DNA of 64,000 bases from Phoronis australis (GCA_002633005.1 NMRA01000022.1:381732-445731), one strand, 5' to 3'; counted from the first letter of the stretch, positions 11,469 through 25,943 are shown. Program-made: numbers and translations. The notes: a model not told the origin generated them from the sequence alone.

Positions 11469-14400
11469 CGGTAAAGTCGCGTGATTTTCGGACACTGAAA
11501 ATTAATTCCAATAGAAAAAATTCATTCTTGGACGAATCTCGCGAAATATCATTTTGTGGTGTCCGAATTTGGCGGACCTCCAAATTTGGGTTTCCGCTAG
11601 TGTCCGAATTTCGTGGGTGTACATTATTTCGATGAGCGGTCGTAGTATCAACAATGCTGGCTCGGTCATTTGATAGCAGTATAATTGCAGGTAAATGAGA
11701 CTCAAATGGTCTGAGCGATTAATTTTTGAAAATCTGGCTTTCCCAATAAGAAATGTGCGCCGTCGACGCACAAAGACCGTTCCCAACAAGTGTTGGTTCT
11801 TCTTTTCAAAGATGTGCTTTCTCAATATGAAATATTCGGCTTGCATTGCCGATGCTCAAAAACCGTTCTCCGCAAGTGACGGAATCTTTTCAAAACTGCG
11901 CTATCCCACTTGAAATATCGGGCTGCGTTGCGAAGAGTCTTCCTGGTGACAAATATGGGCTTTTCAATGAGTGGGTCTGGTTTGCGTTGTTGACGCACAT
12001 GAAACGTTAGACAACCGATTCTCTTTTGTAAAAATGCGTTTTCTCAATAAAAAAAATGTCGAGTTTGCGCTGTGAACGCATGGTTTCCCAATAAAATGCT
12101 GGAATTGCGTATTCGGCGCACAAAGAGGGTTCCCGACCATCAAAACATGCGCTTTCTCAATTTTAACGAATTTTGCATTAAACGTAACAGTAATGGATGT
12201 GGGAACGAGTTCAATGAAGAAAGTGACGAACAATGACAAGAACATAGCATATATTTATGTTTGTTAAACGTATCCATGCATTGTCTGCTGGTTACAAACC
12301 GAAACGCAAGTTAACTCTGACACATTTATTTCCATATTAACTGAAAGCTCAGTTTCAACATGAAAACTTCGATTGAACAATTACCCAAAATAGATAACAA
12401 AGACAATCATGATAATAAAACGAGTAGTTTCTCATCGACTTGTGATCCCCATTTGTCGTCCTGGTAGTCGTCTGAATTGTTGAAGAAGCGCTGTCGTTCT
12501 ACATGTTTAGGCCTACTGCGGCAAACGATGGGAATGCGTCGACTAGTACAGTGCTGCGCGGCTGAAGACACGATTAACTAACATATTGTATATATAAGGG
12601 CGTTGTCTAGAAAGCAAATGCAATTTCAAATGCTACCAACATCAAATTCACCCAACCGTTTTTTTTACAATTAAAACCTTTCTCATCCACAGCCTTTGAA
12701 ACGCCCGATGTTAACTCAGTGATACACTGGCGGGTCTTCATGCAACTGAGGTGACCTAACACATCTGGGTTCGCTTACGTTTTTAACCACAGTGAAAACT
12801 CTGACTTGTGAAATCTTTTTGTGGATGAAATGAAACTGATAATCGTTAACATTTTCTGGTAATCTGCGTGGAAGATAACAGGGCCGTTTCTTCTGGTCGT
12901 CACCAGTTTAGCGCCGTCCACGGTCGTCACCAATTTCGCGCAGCTCAGTCTCCGTCAGTCACTACTAATTTACGCCGCCACCCCCCCCCCCCCGCCTCCT
13001 GTTGCACACCAATGTCGATTTTGCGCCACTAATTCTAAGGGAGTCTACTAGGTGCAACCCCCTGCCAAGACCGTTGTTGCGCACGTTGATACAATAGGAT
13101 ACTGGGCAGATCACGACTGTTAGAAGAATCGACTAGTGACGACCTGAAAAGAAAAACGAAAGCACTCAATTTGGGACAGGTGAACTCATGAAGGACGTAA
13201 ACCAGGCAATTCAAGTACCATTCTACTATTTATATACTTAATTTTCTTTCTTAATGTATATTTAACCAATTACAATTCATCTATGTCGACCGTTTTCATT
13301 TCATTTCGTCATATATTTGCTACAGTTACGGAAAATAGTTCTTCCCACAGGTCTCTGCTGATGGACATTACACACTTCTGCTAACATTTAAAGTATGAAC
13401 AGTCGCGAGTTTACTGAAGTCTCATTATAAGTACAGAAATGTTGTTGAAGAATAACAGTGACTATCTGAAGACAGGAATACATAACAAAATAAAATATGG
13501 AAACACCAAACAAAAATCAAAACAACACTTACCTGTTGCAATAACGCCTTAAATGCGAACGTACTGACCGACTTGCATGAACGGAATGTTAGTTGAACAT
13601 GTTAGTAGAACAAAACTGTCTCAATGAAATTTTCATGGTTGACAGGTTTAAGAAGATCCACCGTAGATTTCCGTATATAAGTCCAGGAGAATATATGGCC
13701 AATTTGCGTATCTTAAATTTTTCCCTAAAATATACCTGGGATGCATATCTGAGAATAAAAATGCATGCTTGAAATCTAAAAATAATGCTATTCCCACTAG
13801 GATATAATTAGGGTGAGCTACAGTATTTATACTGTGTTCGTGTATTCGGCATTGCTGAGTATAGGCCCTGGTGTATTTTTACATAAGACGTTTGGTTTCC
13901 CCAACTTATATACGGAAATCGCTAGTAATACTTCCCAAAATTATTTACCCTTGCTGCAAGTAAGGCATCACCTCGGGTAAAAATAGAACAATAATAATTA
14001 GCAATGTAACAGTCAACACAATTAAACACACTTACAGCTGAAATGCCTCTAAAACTATATTAAGTAATACAAAAAACATGGTCTGTAGTTTAAGATCACG
14101 TTTCTTTTTTGTCTCAAAACTATCAACTGAAGGCGGTAACATAGACATGAAGACAAGGTCCTGTGGAAAGTAGATATGGAACTCCGGTCGGAAACACCTA
14201 TCAGGTTCCAGGCCCGTTGCATCGGACTCCAGGTCCTGTATTCTTGTTAGCCTACCCCTAGGACCACAAGAAGCAACGACTACCAAATCTGATTCAACTG
14301 ACTTGTCATTTTTCGAAATGATTGGTGGAGGATTTTCTTAGTCGCCGCAGACAGAGAGTGCCACAGGGTCCCGGTGTCCTTGTCGGGATTCATCTTAATC

Positions 14401-15789
14401 TCGGGACACCATGGAGTTCAGGGTGTTGTACCTCAGACGGTACAGCTAGGATGTGAATTAACAAGACCACAAGTACACAGACCAGTGGATGAGCAAGCAA
14501 AATTGGGTCGCCGCAAGTTAAATCTTTTTAGGTTTACATCTGGGGTTAAGCTCGTAACGCTAGAACTTCGCTAAAAAGCACGAATTCATGAAATTACGTG
14601 ATGTATTGTGTTTTTTAATTGAAAGCGTGATTTTGGCTAGATTTTTGTATTTCCCAAGACAGCTACTGAACTCTACCCTAGTCTGCGATCGGGGGCGCAA
14701 GGGTGAGAATCTCACGAACACGCTAGACTTAAGACGTCGAGACGTATGGTGAGGCATTGCAAACGAAGCACACGATCACACTATCTTCTTTAGCGAGATT
14801 CTTGCATCTGCGATGCTTATCAGAGAGCAACAGACAATTTGTAAGGGTAGTGAAACGTGGTTACGTGGATGTACATTAGTTTTTGATATGTGTTATAGCA
14901 CACCGGCACTTACACAACATAGGACAGGGATGCAATGTCTCTGTAACAATTGCGTGTGCGCCGCGCCCCTTTCTGAGTGCTGGGCCTTGCGCTATGTTTG
15001 ATTTTTAACCAGTTTTACTTTGGCTCCGTCTCATTCGGCTGCTGCTGTTCACTATCTACACTACTTTGAACGCGCGATATCCTACGGACATACTTAGCTG
15101 TGACCTATTGTGTATGGGGGCCTAAACAAAAAATATTTCTCATCACGTCAAGAATAAAATCCAGACACGTCGTCGGGAGATTTTAGCCACTAACAAGGGC
15201 ATTTGCAAAGGCCAGGACGTTTTAAAAATAAAAACGCTTCGTAAACACGCAAGTTGAGGCGTGCAAGTTCAATGTCACAGTCGGAAGTTGAACAACACGG
15301 TCTAATTAAACCAGAGCACATGTTACGCTACAACGAAAAACTGCAGCCTTCCGTGTATTTCCCATTTGTATTTTCATCAGAAATTTTCGTCATGCGAGAC
15401 TCGGTGACTTTTTTCATAGCTAAAGCGCCAAACTCAAGCTAAACGCAAGACAATCGAGTAACGGTCATGACATCGTCAAGACAAGGTAAAAATTACAAAG
15501 CCCGTTACCCCAATTCTCAGATTCAAGCCTTATCGAGTAGTAATCATCCGTTGAACGCTTTAGTGACACGGGAGTTGCGTCGATCCTAAATTAGCGTTTC
15601 TAAAATTTTCCTTGTCCGAAAGTCGCGGGACAAAAATCCGACGTTTATGACATTGTCCGAAATTCGAGGATCATTGAAAAACAGTTTTTTGACCTTGTAC
15701 GAATTTCGTGGACCATGAAAAACTCATTTCGGAAATATTTATTCTTAGTCGAAAATGGCGGGCCGTCCGAAAATCACGCGACTTTACCG
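11469..15789. mobile_element. 4.3-kb non-autonomous Tc1/mariner-superfamily-like element with TA target-site duplication
   Basis: Perfect 25-bp TIRs CGGTAAAGTCGCGTGATTTTCGGAC, flanked by TA on both sides (11467-68, 15790-91); subterminal GTCCGAA-type repeats at both ends; no intact transposase ORF. Confidence 0.88.
13661..13926. mobile_element. Small MITE nested in the 4.3-kb element
   Basis: 17-bp inverted repeat GATTTCCGTATATAAGT (13666-13682) / ACTTATATACGGAAATC (13904-13920); outer ends approximate. Confidence 0.7.
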
Positions 15790-18700
15790 TAGCATGCAGA
15801 CACATCTTTAAACTACAGTGAAGTTATTTTCTTATCGCTAGAGGCCAGTAGTATCCAGTCAACACGTTGCTACTTCAAAGTCTGTCATTGGCCCGGCTAC
15901 GTAGAGGGACGCGTTATGGAGTAATGACAACTTTCTTGAGACAGGACTCGAAAATTTACAAACCCACAAATGTGATGTATATGGAATTAATATGTACGAG
16001 TGTACATATTCATTTTTCAATTGTCGAAATTTGATTAATGGAGGCATAATTAAAGGGAGGCTTACACGAAAAGCGGGAAACGCGGCGATTCCCGCTTCGA
16101 CTCCTGCTGCGGCGATCACTTTAAATTGCTTTACATTAATTAAGATATGAATCTTTATACCAAAAGCGGCAAACTGAACAGAAAAATCCGCAGCAACTAC
16201 CACCTTTGGTATAATCCCCCTTATGCACTACAAACGAAAGTTACGACAATAAAGATTGACTGTGTCACAAAGCAAGATTAATTCGATTGTTTCACACCTT
16301 GTGTTTTCACCTTTTTATTGTCAAGTTTTTGTCCACATGAACTAAAACAAACGATGCGCTGTGTAACAGTATGGAATAAGCAAGTGGCTAATTTCACCAG
16401 AAAACCATTTAGAGAGCACCGAACCTCCGAAACGGGAGCGTGTTCTATAGAAGCAAAGCCCGTGAATGTACCAGAGACCACACTATTTTTTCGCGCGATG
16501 TCTTGCTTCTACGGAACAATCCTGGAGTGAATAGCATAGAATTAACAAAAGAAAGGGCCTGCGGTCGATTTTCATTGAAAAAATCTTTGCATTTTCCTTT
16601 CAGTTGTCAATAGTATGGTTTTTATTTGGAAAATTGACCGTGTTTAAAATCAACCCTGTTTACTCAAACGAGGGGTCTTGTTTAAGAAATATTTTAAAGA
16701 AATTACGCGTCCTGTTTATAGGAAAAAAATAAACCTTGCTAACTATTTCAAGGCACTGGGAAACAAACAGACATCTTTCGTCCCACCGAATTGAAGTAGG
16801 TCTTTTCCAATGGTACAGGATAATTGAATGAAAGAAACTCCAGGCGATGACATATAAAATATAATACATGCATCATATAAATCGCCTGCACGTGGTCTTC
16901 TTATGTTATGGCTTGGAGATTTGCTCGTCACAGCATGGAATATCCGAAAAATTTTCTAAAGTACTCGGGCATTTACAAGCTTTTGCAAGTTCAGAATTGA
17001 AAGGCATTTAATACTTGATGCTTTTGAGTTAAATAGGACCCTGTCCCAAGTGTGTCAAACCTCAGAAGGTCATAACTCAGAAATTGCGGATTGGATTCAA
17101 TAGGAAATTTCCACGATGTTATACTTGATGCACTGGTCTAAAACTCTATTAGGAATTATAAGTATTAGAATTATTAGCCTTCATACACAACAGATGGCAT
17201 GCACGAAGACAACTAATTCATACTCCATACCAACGCGCCGATTTATAACAACTCAATCATGTTCTGCCAGGAATTGTTTTTGAAAAGTTCCACTTTTGCT
17301 TGAAAGGCTATCGAAAAAGGAATTTCAGGATTGATGTGAAAATCTAAGCCAGTCGTGCTCTTGGCAGAAGAAACACACCTGCCAGTTTTCATGTAGTAGT
17401 TCAAAGTGGCATGTGCTTTAAACTATTAATTCAGAATTTAAACCCAAAAAGCCTATAGGAGTCAAAAGTAAACCGATTACATATTAGTAGTATACAAAAA
17501 CCTCTTCTTTTATGCTTCCTGAATAAAAACAGGAAGTTCTCTGAACAAATTAATCATTAAAAAAGCTTATTTACATCGAAAAGAAATAAAAAATATGGAA
17601 TGCAAGTTCCTGGCTTCATTATAAATATATTTGTTTACGTAATTTGTGATACATGTATAGAGTACAGTGACAGCATTAACACAAAAGGTGGCACTGAACA
17701 ATTAGAATGCGGCCGCGGCCATTTGCACTCCCAAAATATCAAAATCTAGAGGTAGGCCAAGCTTGGGGGCATTTTTTGTTAGGTATTGTATGTAGGCCAA
17801 GTGAATGTGTATTGTGAACATGTTGAAAATGAAAAAAGGCCGTAGCTGCACTGTTCTTCAAAATGGTGGCCCCAATGGGGCTGTTCGGAGAATTCTCCTC
17901 GCGATGTCGCTGCTGTACTATTGGTGATTGAATTGCGCATGCGTCGCTGTCTGCATGTAAACAGCTGGTAAAAAGACGGATTGCTGTCAAAATACGTCCT
18001 CGCGCTAAGCCTTATTATTGCTATTTTCCCTGATGCAAGTCTTCAACAGGTGGTCACAAATTCCCAAAAGACCTAAGATTACTACATTCGTGGAGAATTG
18101 CGGTCAAAAGGGGCAACCAACTGACAAAAAGTGTGTGGATGCCGAAGCCATATTAGGAGACTACATAATGTTACTTGGTAAGTTTTTAGCAGTCAAGTTT
18201 CTATCGACATCGTTCGGTGATGTTATCCCCACCAGTTACCCCCAATGAATAACGGGTTTATTGAATGGAACTAAGTGTTTCTTTTCGGAAACCCACCCAG
18301 GACTCGGATGCTGGGTAGGCTAGCAGCACACACTCACATATTGTCCTCCAGCCGTCCAGGGGTGGGAATGCGCCCAATATAAGAGGTGTATGGTACGTGA
18401 CGCTCAGAAGTCAAGGGTGACTTTTTCACAGCAGTTTCTCTTCAAAGCTATGCTATGTCCAATAAAATTCTCTAGATGAGTGAGTTTCCTTATTTTATAG
18501 CAGACCCCACCCCCAGGACTACCAGATTAGTTACCGAATTAACATGAATAAGCTATTCAGTAAACGTAACATTGCATTGCCGGAATATAAATTGACACAT
18601 ACTCACTGCACATTTCTAGAGGTCAACAGGAAAACGACAATTCGCAAGCGTAATCGGTTATCATTTCAGCTTTATAAAGAATAAGCGCAACTGCACTGCA

Positions 18701-21700
18701 TGGGCTTTAAAACTGAGGAAATATTGTGGTTTCAATAATTAGTGACAAACTTGCGTGTTGTTGAAAAATGTATTCGATCATCAAAGTTTACATTAACGAG
18801 CTTTCTACTGACAATAAGACAATCGATGCTGTCACTGAATGCCATTTCCCCATAATGTGTACCAAATAGAAAAGTTTTTACCATTAGTATAAAGCCTTTC
18901 TTCTGAAAGGAAAAGTTAACGTAACTCAGTGAGAAAGGACAGGTATTTATACCAGATGCTTTTAGTTTTCATTTCATAGGGATCTACTTTCAATGACCTA
19001 TAGAAACGCTTGTAAAAAAGGTCCAGTTTCGGTACGTGGCTTTCTTTCATGTAACCTCATTCAGCCTCAATAACATCCACAATTAGATCCCTGAAGGTAA
19101 ACACAACAGCATATCACTTGACTCGTTTTGTGCCCAAAATCTGCGGACACTGAACTAGACCAGAGTGTCACTAGATCTTCTTTAGCTTCAATCCCTCATA
19201 TTTCTTCCAGGAAAGGAAATAAGCTATTGTCCACACATGACTTATTGCCTATGAAAGGGCATCCTTACCAACGAGGCTGACGTGTGTAGCAGTCAGATAT
19301 AGTTCCTCTTCATACACAAACAATCCAGTGGCACGTTGTCTTATGATAACTTCGTACTGCGATTCACATTTCTCCAGGGCCACTGACTTATACATTGTGC
19401 CATGCAGCACTGCTGGTGTATGGAAATGCTGTGGGAAGAGAAAGGAGTAACAAAGCTTGTTCGTTGTCTCCGATGTAGAAAGTAGGCTTTGACAACAGAC
19501 TTGCACTGGATGGGAAGATCTTGCTGGTTAGCTGCAGTCATCTGCTTAAAACCAATTTTTGTCCATTCAGAGTCGATGCAGAAGCGATGCATATCTCTGC
19601 ACGGTACAAGCCCTCAAACCTAAAAACCAAAGGTCACGTGAAAACAGACATGATAGATTTCCGTTTCAAGGTGTAATAGATTTCCGGAAGACATAGGATA
19701 GGGAGTAAACAAATAGTCTAATGGATATTTGTCACGTACCCTTTGCGATGGCATTGGGCTTGGATTGTAATCTTAACTCACTAACCAATATCGAGTTAAC
19801 AGCATAAACATTTAGCATTCATTGATGAAACTGTCTCTGATAAATCCGTTAGAAATCATTCCAAACAATAATACTGATTTGATGTACCAAAAGATCCCGA
19901 GTGCTACTTACGTCAAGTATCGTAACACACATCACAACAAAGATTAACCCGACTGGCGACTGCCGCGAAGTCGACATCGGTGAGTACCTCAGTTAACAGG
20001 CATCAGTAGAATAAACATGGAATAATCGTTAAAATAATAAACCTTACCTTTGTACAAGGTAGTGCTTATATCCTCTCATAGAAGCACCCTTTTCACGCAA
20101 TCTCAGATTCAGTTGGCACGGCTTCAAGCCATTTAACCATGTATTTAAAGGGCTCGCGAAATCGAGGCTGTCAATCTATCACCACTAGTACACGCGCGCC
20201 CCCTAGTTAATGTAAATTTTCCGAATAGCCCCATTGTGCATTGCTGTGTAAGCAACTGAGAATTTGGCCGCGATTTCAGGTAGCCCTCAAACAAGCCAAA
20301 TTTTCAAAAAACTAGTTGGTTGACAGTACTTTTGAACCACATTTTTGGAATTGATATGAAATTTGCTTTCGGTATCTAATGTTAGCTTTAGTCGAGCATC
20401 GGAAGGGAAGTGGTGGTTTTGGGGTGAAAAGTGCCGATTTTGCATGTTTTTGCCCTTATTTTTCTTAGTCTGGCTTGGTTTCCACTGGGAGTGAAAGGGT
20501 CAAATATACAAGAGAGAATAAGGTTTCAATCTGTGTTCATCTGTAGGGCTTGTGATGTGGAATTACTGAAAACTTTTCTTTATTTGCATGCAGTTTTGAC
20601 AGAGTGAAGAAAGGGTGAAGAGTCCATTGACGTGTGTTCTGATAGGCAAACCCCTGTGAGAACTGTTCAGTGCCTCCCATAAGCGATGGCGGCTTGGAAA
20701 CGAAGGTGTGTCAAGAATGCTGCGTTCTGATTGGTCAGTTAAGCTGTCACTCAAAATCCTGGTGATAGGTCAATCCCAATCTCAATGGAAGACTACCAAA
20801 CCTAAACAGACAAAATAAAGAAAAACTTACTCCAGGAAAACCAGAATATATACATTTCTCACACTTTTAAATGTGTAAAAATATTTCCATAAATGTCATG
20901 TAAGTCATTATTTTTGTGCATCATTTTTAAAGAATATCTCAATCTACCTCCAAAAAACATTATGCTTAACATCTGGCACGTTTTGAAACAGACGCGACAT
21001 ATTGCTCCAAATGTGATCCACTATTGCCCTCTGCAGAATTATGGTTGAACTTGTAAAACGAAAGGTTTGTGTGATTTGGAAAAATAACTATGAATAATTG
21101 TTCAAGTTATTGTTGTTGCTTTTTGTAACTACTTTAATTAATTAGTGTCATTTACATTTTGTGTCTGGTACGATTGTGTAACAAAGGTTTGTCAAATTGT
21201 AACAAAACGTTAGCTATTTGCTCACTTATGTGCTCAAAAGTCAGTAAGATTTCTGTCATGCAAGTATTTATTTTATTAGGAAAGTCATAATATCGTTTAG
21301 AAAATATGGTTATGTGGGAACAGTGAATCATTTCGCTAAGAATTTCGTAAGAAAATGCAAGCAAATTTACTTCATTATTTGCACATTTTGTGTTGTACAA
21401 TGGTCATCGACAAACACGCTATGGAAGGTTAAGCATTTTTAACAATGCAGAGTTAAAAAAAAGAAAAATGACATTTTCGGCAATTAATTTGTTTGACTGA
21501 GGAAACTTCAACGTTATCTCACACTGATAGATTTAAACAGCTTCTGATCATACCTCGTCAACTCAACTGAGCCTGAATCCTATTGTATTTGAATCATATT
21601 GTATTTGGAGGTTGTTGCTTATCAGCTAGTCTCATGTGTCAGGCTTATTGTCTGAAACTGCTCAGCATTGTGCCAGGTTTATGACTGCAATGCATTTTAT

Positions 21701-23945
21701 TAAACAGTAGGGAGCGCACCTTTGCTGGGTCTCTGCTCGTACTGACTTCATAACGTACTGAGTCGAATGGAAGCCTTTGAACCACGAAATAAAACCACGA
21801 GAATGAGTCTACGCTATATCGTACAGCACTACACGAAAAAAATTTGTGACTAGTTTTGGTGTTTAAAAGGACGGTTATTATTTGTTTAGTTCTCAAATAA
21901 AGCGTCGTCGGATTACGAATTTTGATACCAAACTGCCAACAAAGTGAAACCTGGATGGAATTACAACTCCATGGCCGGTGGTATGATGACTCCCTTCGGC
22001 AGTACTAGTGTAACTCAGTAACAGGGCAAACAAACCACTGCAGGTACAGTTTTCACCGACGAAGAAGATGCCTGCGATGAGATTTCATGAGAACAAGTCG
22101 AAGGCCAGCGCCATTTAGGCGACGAAACTAAGCGGATTCTACAATGCTTGATTTTGAAATAGCTTTTGCTTTTATTCTATATTCGAATTAACAAAAAGTC
22201 AACCAAAGTTATAATCAAGGTATATACGGCGACGAAGTTTTGTTTAATGAACCATAAAGAGCTACTTCAGTAATGGAAGGACTTTACTTTTTTTCAAGAA
22301 AATGTAAACTGAAATATATTTGTTTGTCGTGGCACTCGCTGGGTCACTGACCACTTTTGAAACACCCTACAAGGCCATGAAAAATCATTTGTGATTTCAA
22401 AAGCTAGCCCGCGGATATCCGAATCCGCGTGACACCGTGGGAGTTCATTTTACTGGGCTTTTTAAAATTTACAAATTCATATTTCACTGGTCTGTTTTCA
22501 AATATTCACCATATCAACAAAGGTGTTTGTATTAATGAAAACTGCTAACCTGAACTAGTACACTGGTCTTTGACTGATTCGTCAGTTGACCTGAAGTCTC
22601 GGAGGTACTTCCCTAGAAGTGGTACAGTTTGGCCATGAAAGGGTGTCTTTTCGGACAAAAGATTCTATTGAAAGGCACGTTTTCCTATTTAATTACCTAC
22701 AGAAATATTCCTTTTCCAATTTCGTTCATAACTGATATGATCACTATAGGAGTTCGATTTCCAACAAATGAGACCCCACAGTCCACCAAGGTAAACCTAA
22801 ACAAGCGATTGTAGTAATATCATCTACTTATTTTGAAACTAATTCCGAAAGATGTACGCATCTTTGATAATACGGTATCACATCCTCTACTGTGTCTTGA
22901 GTTTAATTTAGCTGACCAATAATCTCTACGAAAGCGTTAGGTTTTTGGAATGAACCCTTCAAAATCTCGGTATTTCTGGAACAAAACCTTGCATAACGGA
23001 TTTTCATGGAAGCTCCCAATGGTGGTCCCGTTTTCAAATCTATAGTTTGGTGTCCTAATTTTCCGACCTGCACGGCTCCACGTCAAGAACGTAGCTGAGA
23101 ATTCCCCCGGCCTGTAGTGAACCCCGCATCGAAAGTGAAACCAGTGATAATCAACCTATTAGGAAACTAAACAAACAAACGCGCAAACATGATCAAGGTA
23201 ACATAGAGTTAAGTGGCACCAAAAACTATTGATTTGTATTACCATTCTGAAATTGGTGTAAAAAATTTCCTTAATCGAAATACATATAGGTATGATCTTG
23301 TCGAAATAATTAGAAAGAACTGGCAGTTTATATTCGTTAGACCAAGCTCATAATTAACAGATAACGTGAGCTTAGATGAATATATAGTATAACGAATTAT
23401 CAGTTTTTTCCGGGCACAGAGATCGCTTCTAAACTGATTTTTTCAAGGTAAATGGCCAAAATCAAAACTTTTGTTTTGTCAGAAAGCACTACTTTAATGC
23501 TTTTGCAATGGTGTGGAAGTTGTTTACCAAAACGTCGAGTTATTTATAAATGGGTGTGTGCGTCCTTATTGCCCCACTACGGCCTCTGTGATGTCAACAA
23601 CGAGACAGTATGCTGTTATTTGAACTAGTTGAACCTCAACTGCAAACATAGGTTTCAGTTTCGATTAGTGCCTGTGGTGAATCATTATGTACGTGCCCCG
23701 GATGTTTCTGTGTTTGTGACCGCGATCAGTAAAAAGACAAGTGTGAGGCTACGGCAACACATGTGTATCGACAGCTTTGATTTGGAGCGAATAACATCAA
23801 GCCGACATAGTAAGTACTAATACACATTTTCAGTAACGTTTGGTCTCTTGTGCTCACTTGCACATATGTCACAGAGTTGTAGACCATTGTGGTATAAAAA
23901 TGATCTCAGAAGGAAATGTTAAATGTTAGTTTTCAAAGGGTGTTA

Positions 23946-24099
23946 CACGGGCGGCGCTGCACTGAAAAAAGTGGGCCGGGGGGGCTATAGCCGTCCAGTT
24001 CCCCTGTGGTGCACCACCCATAGACCATGGGGGCCGGAGCACTGAAAAAAGTGGTGAGCTATAGCCCCCCAGCTCCCTATATATGGTGCGCCGCCCATG
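23946..24099. mobile_element. MITE with CAYGGGCGGCGC TIR and 5-bp TSD
   Basis: TIR CACGGGCGGCGC / GCGCCGCCCATG; TGTTA duplicated at 23941-45 and 24100-04; relatives at about 25068-25197 and 27594-27647. Confidence 0.85.
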
Positions 24100-24650
24100 T
24101 GTTACCCAAGAAAAAATCCTGACACGAATGATTGTCTCGTCGAATACGTGTGCCAGCCGCTGGTGGTGGTTTATTTTATACAAAATCTGTCAATTGAAAC
24201 CTCTTCAGAATGGGGCAAGTGATAACGTATGATTACGTCACTGTAAGTCATCGTGCAATGAATTTTGGAATTATCTAAAAATCCAGAGCTGGAAATGACT
24301 TTCGCAGCATGGTCTTGTTCATGTTGTGATCCTAATGCTAAACCAGCTATAGACCTAAATTTGAATTGATGTTTTGGCCATAGATTCGACCCATGTTTGA
24401 TAACCGATTAGTGCTGAAACGTATCTTAGACAGACATCCTCATACTGCACAATCAAAATAAACTTAATACATTTTATCCGGTGTCATTTAACAACGCTAT
24501 AAATGTCGGCGCTCATAATAAGGACATGCATGTAATCAGGAGCTAACAGAATAGTATTGCGTATTAAAATGTGGAATCAAAATTGATAACATTACAATTA
24601 CAATATTATGTTTGAAACCAATACAATGTATATGTATAGACGGCGCTGCT

Positions 24651-25056
24651 GTGCGTGAACTTGGAATCCTGCTTATCTCAAGGTCGCGTATGCGTGAACT
24701 TGGAATACGCAAGGCAACTTGACAAGTTAACTCAAATAATCACGTCCTCGTTCATAAAAATGTGCACTGCACTTAATGAAATTACATTTGAATAAAATAA
24801 TGTCAATTTTGTCCAACCTTTTTCAACTACTAGCGATCTATTTCACCAAACAATAATTGATTTAGCCATTCAAATATTCCTCCGATTCTGTGACACAAAG
24901 TTACGGTAAAGGAGAAAATGGGTGATCGTGAGGCCAACAATTGCACATTTTTTTTACACTGAACAAAAAGTTTCACCTGATTGCCTTAAAAAATATTCAA
25001 TTCCAAGTTCACGCGTGCGCGATCTTGAGACTAAGCAGGATTCCAAGTTCACACTC
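24651..25056. mobile_element. Foldback MITE with about 55-bp inverted repeats
   Basis: GTGAACTTGGAATCCTGCTTA.TCTCAAG.TCGCG...GCGTGAACTTGGAAT at 24651-24706 is mirrored at about 25000-25056. Confidence 0.8.
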
Positions 25057-25067
25057 ACTCACATCTA

Positions 25068-25197
25068 CATGGGCTGCGCAGCACTGAAAAATGCGAGGGC
25101 TAAAGCCCCTCACCCCCCCTGTGGTGCACCGCCCATAGACCATGGGCGGCGTAGCACTGAAAAAAGTGGGGGGCTATAGCCCCCCAGCCGCCCCCGG
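25068..25197. mobile_element. Partial copy of the 23946 MITE family
   Basis: Shares cctgtggtgcacc.cccatagaccatggg...agcactgaaaaaagtgg...gctatagccccccagc with 24000-24075. Confidence 0.75.
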
Positions 25198-25943
25198 ATC
25201 TACTTTCATTAGGACTTCATTAGTCAGAGGGGAACGCATATTTAATATACTACTTGAAGCATGTTAACAAACTTACGTGGGTGCACTCCAGTCAGAAACT
25301 AGCGTTACTAAGGTGTGCTGGTTTCGCTCGACGTTTCGTCCGGCAACGGTTTTCGAAGAAATTTGAAATGTTCTCATTACCTGCACCGTTCTCACGAAGC
25401 ATATCGGAAGTAAAATATATTTGTCTTCTATTCTGTTCTGAGGCAAGTGTCTAATATTTTTACTCAAAATCGTACCGTATTTTTTAAGATTTTCTTTACT
25501 GCTTTCGGTATGAAACCGAAATAAGTGTCTACTAGTCTTGTGAACATTATGATTTACGTGGATGACTGCGTTCAATTGCCAATCGTCTCATTGACTGGCA
25601 TAATGCTGAATGAAACTAATTTGAATACGACGTATGGTCAAGGGGCACTTGTAGACGACATTTAAAAAAGAACTGTTTGTTGTTGTGCATTTTTAAGTGG
25701 CGTTATTAAACAATAGGGGGCACCATTTGCGGCAAAAAAGCAGAGCACCAAATGTCATTATACGGGAACCCCTTAAGATGGCCATAAAGCGGGGTGCTTT
25801 TATTTTAATATAGAAGGGCCTGCTCTTGGGGGTCTTCGGGAGGGGCTCCCTGAGGCTCGAAAAGAAATTGTTGTGATTTTGATTTATTATTTTTAAAATG
25901 ACACAGGCAAAAACCTATTTTAAAGGATATGCCCCACTTGTCG

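Noticed and set aside
18356-18517. CCAGGGGTGGG...CCCACCCCCAGG possible MITE
   Set aside because: The inverted repeat is short and low-complexity with no clear TSD; likely a relic but not supportable.
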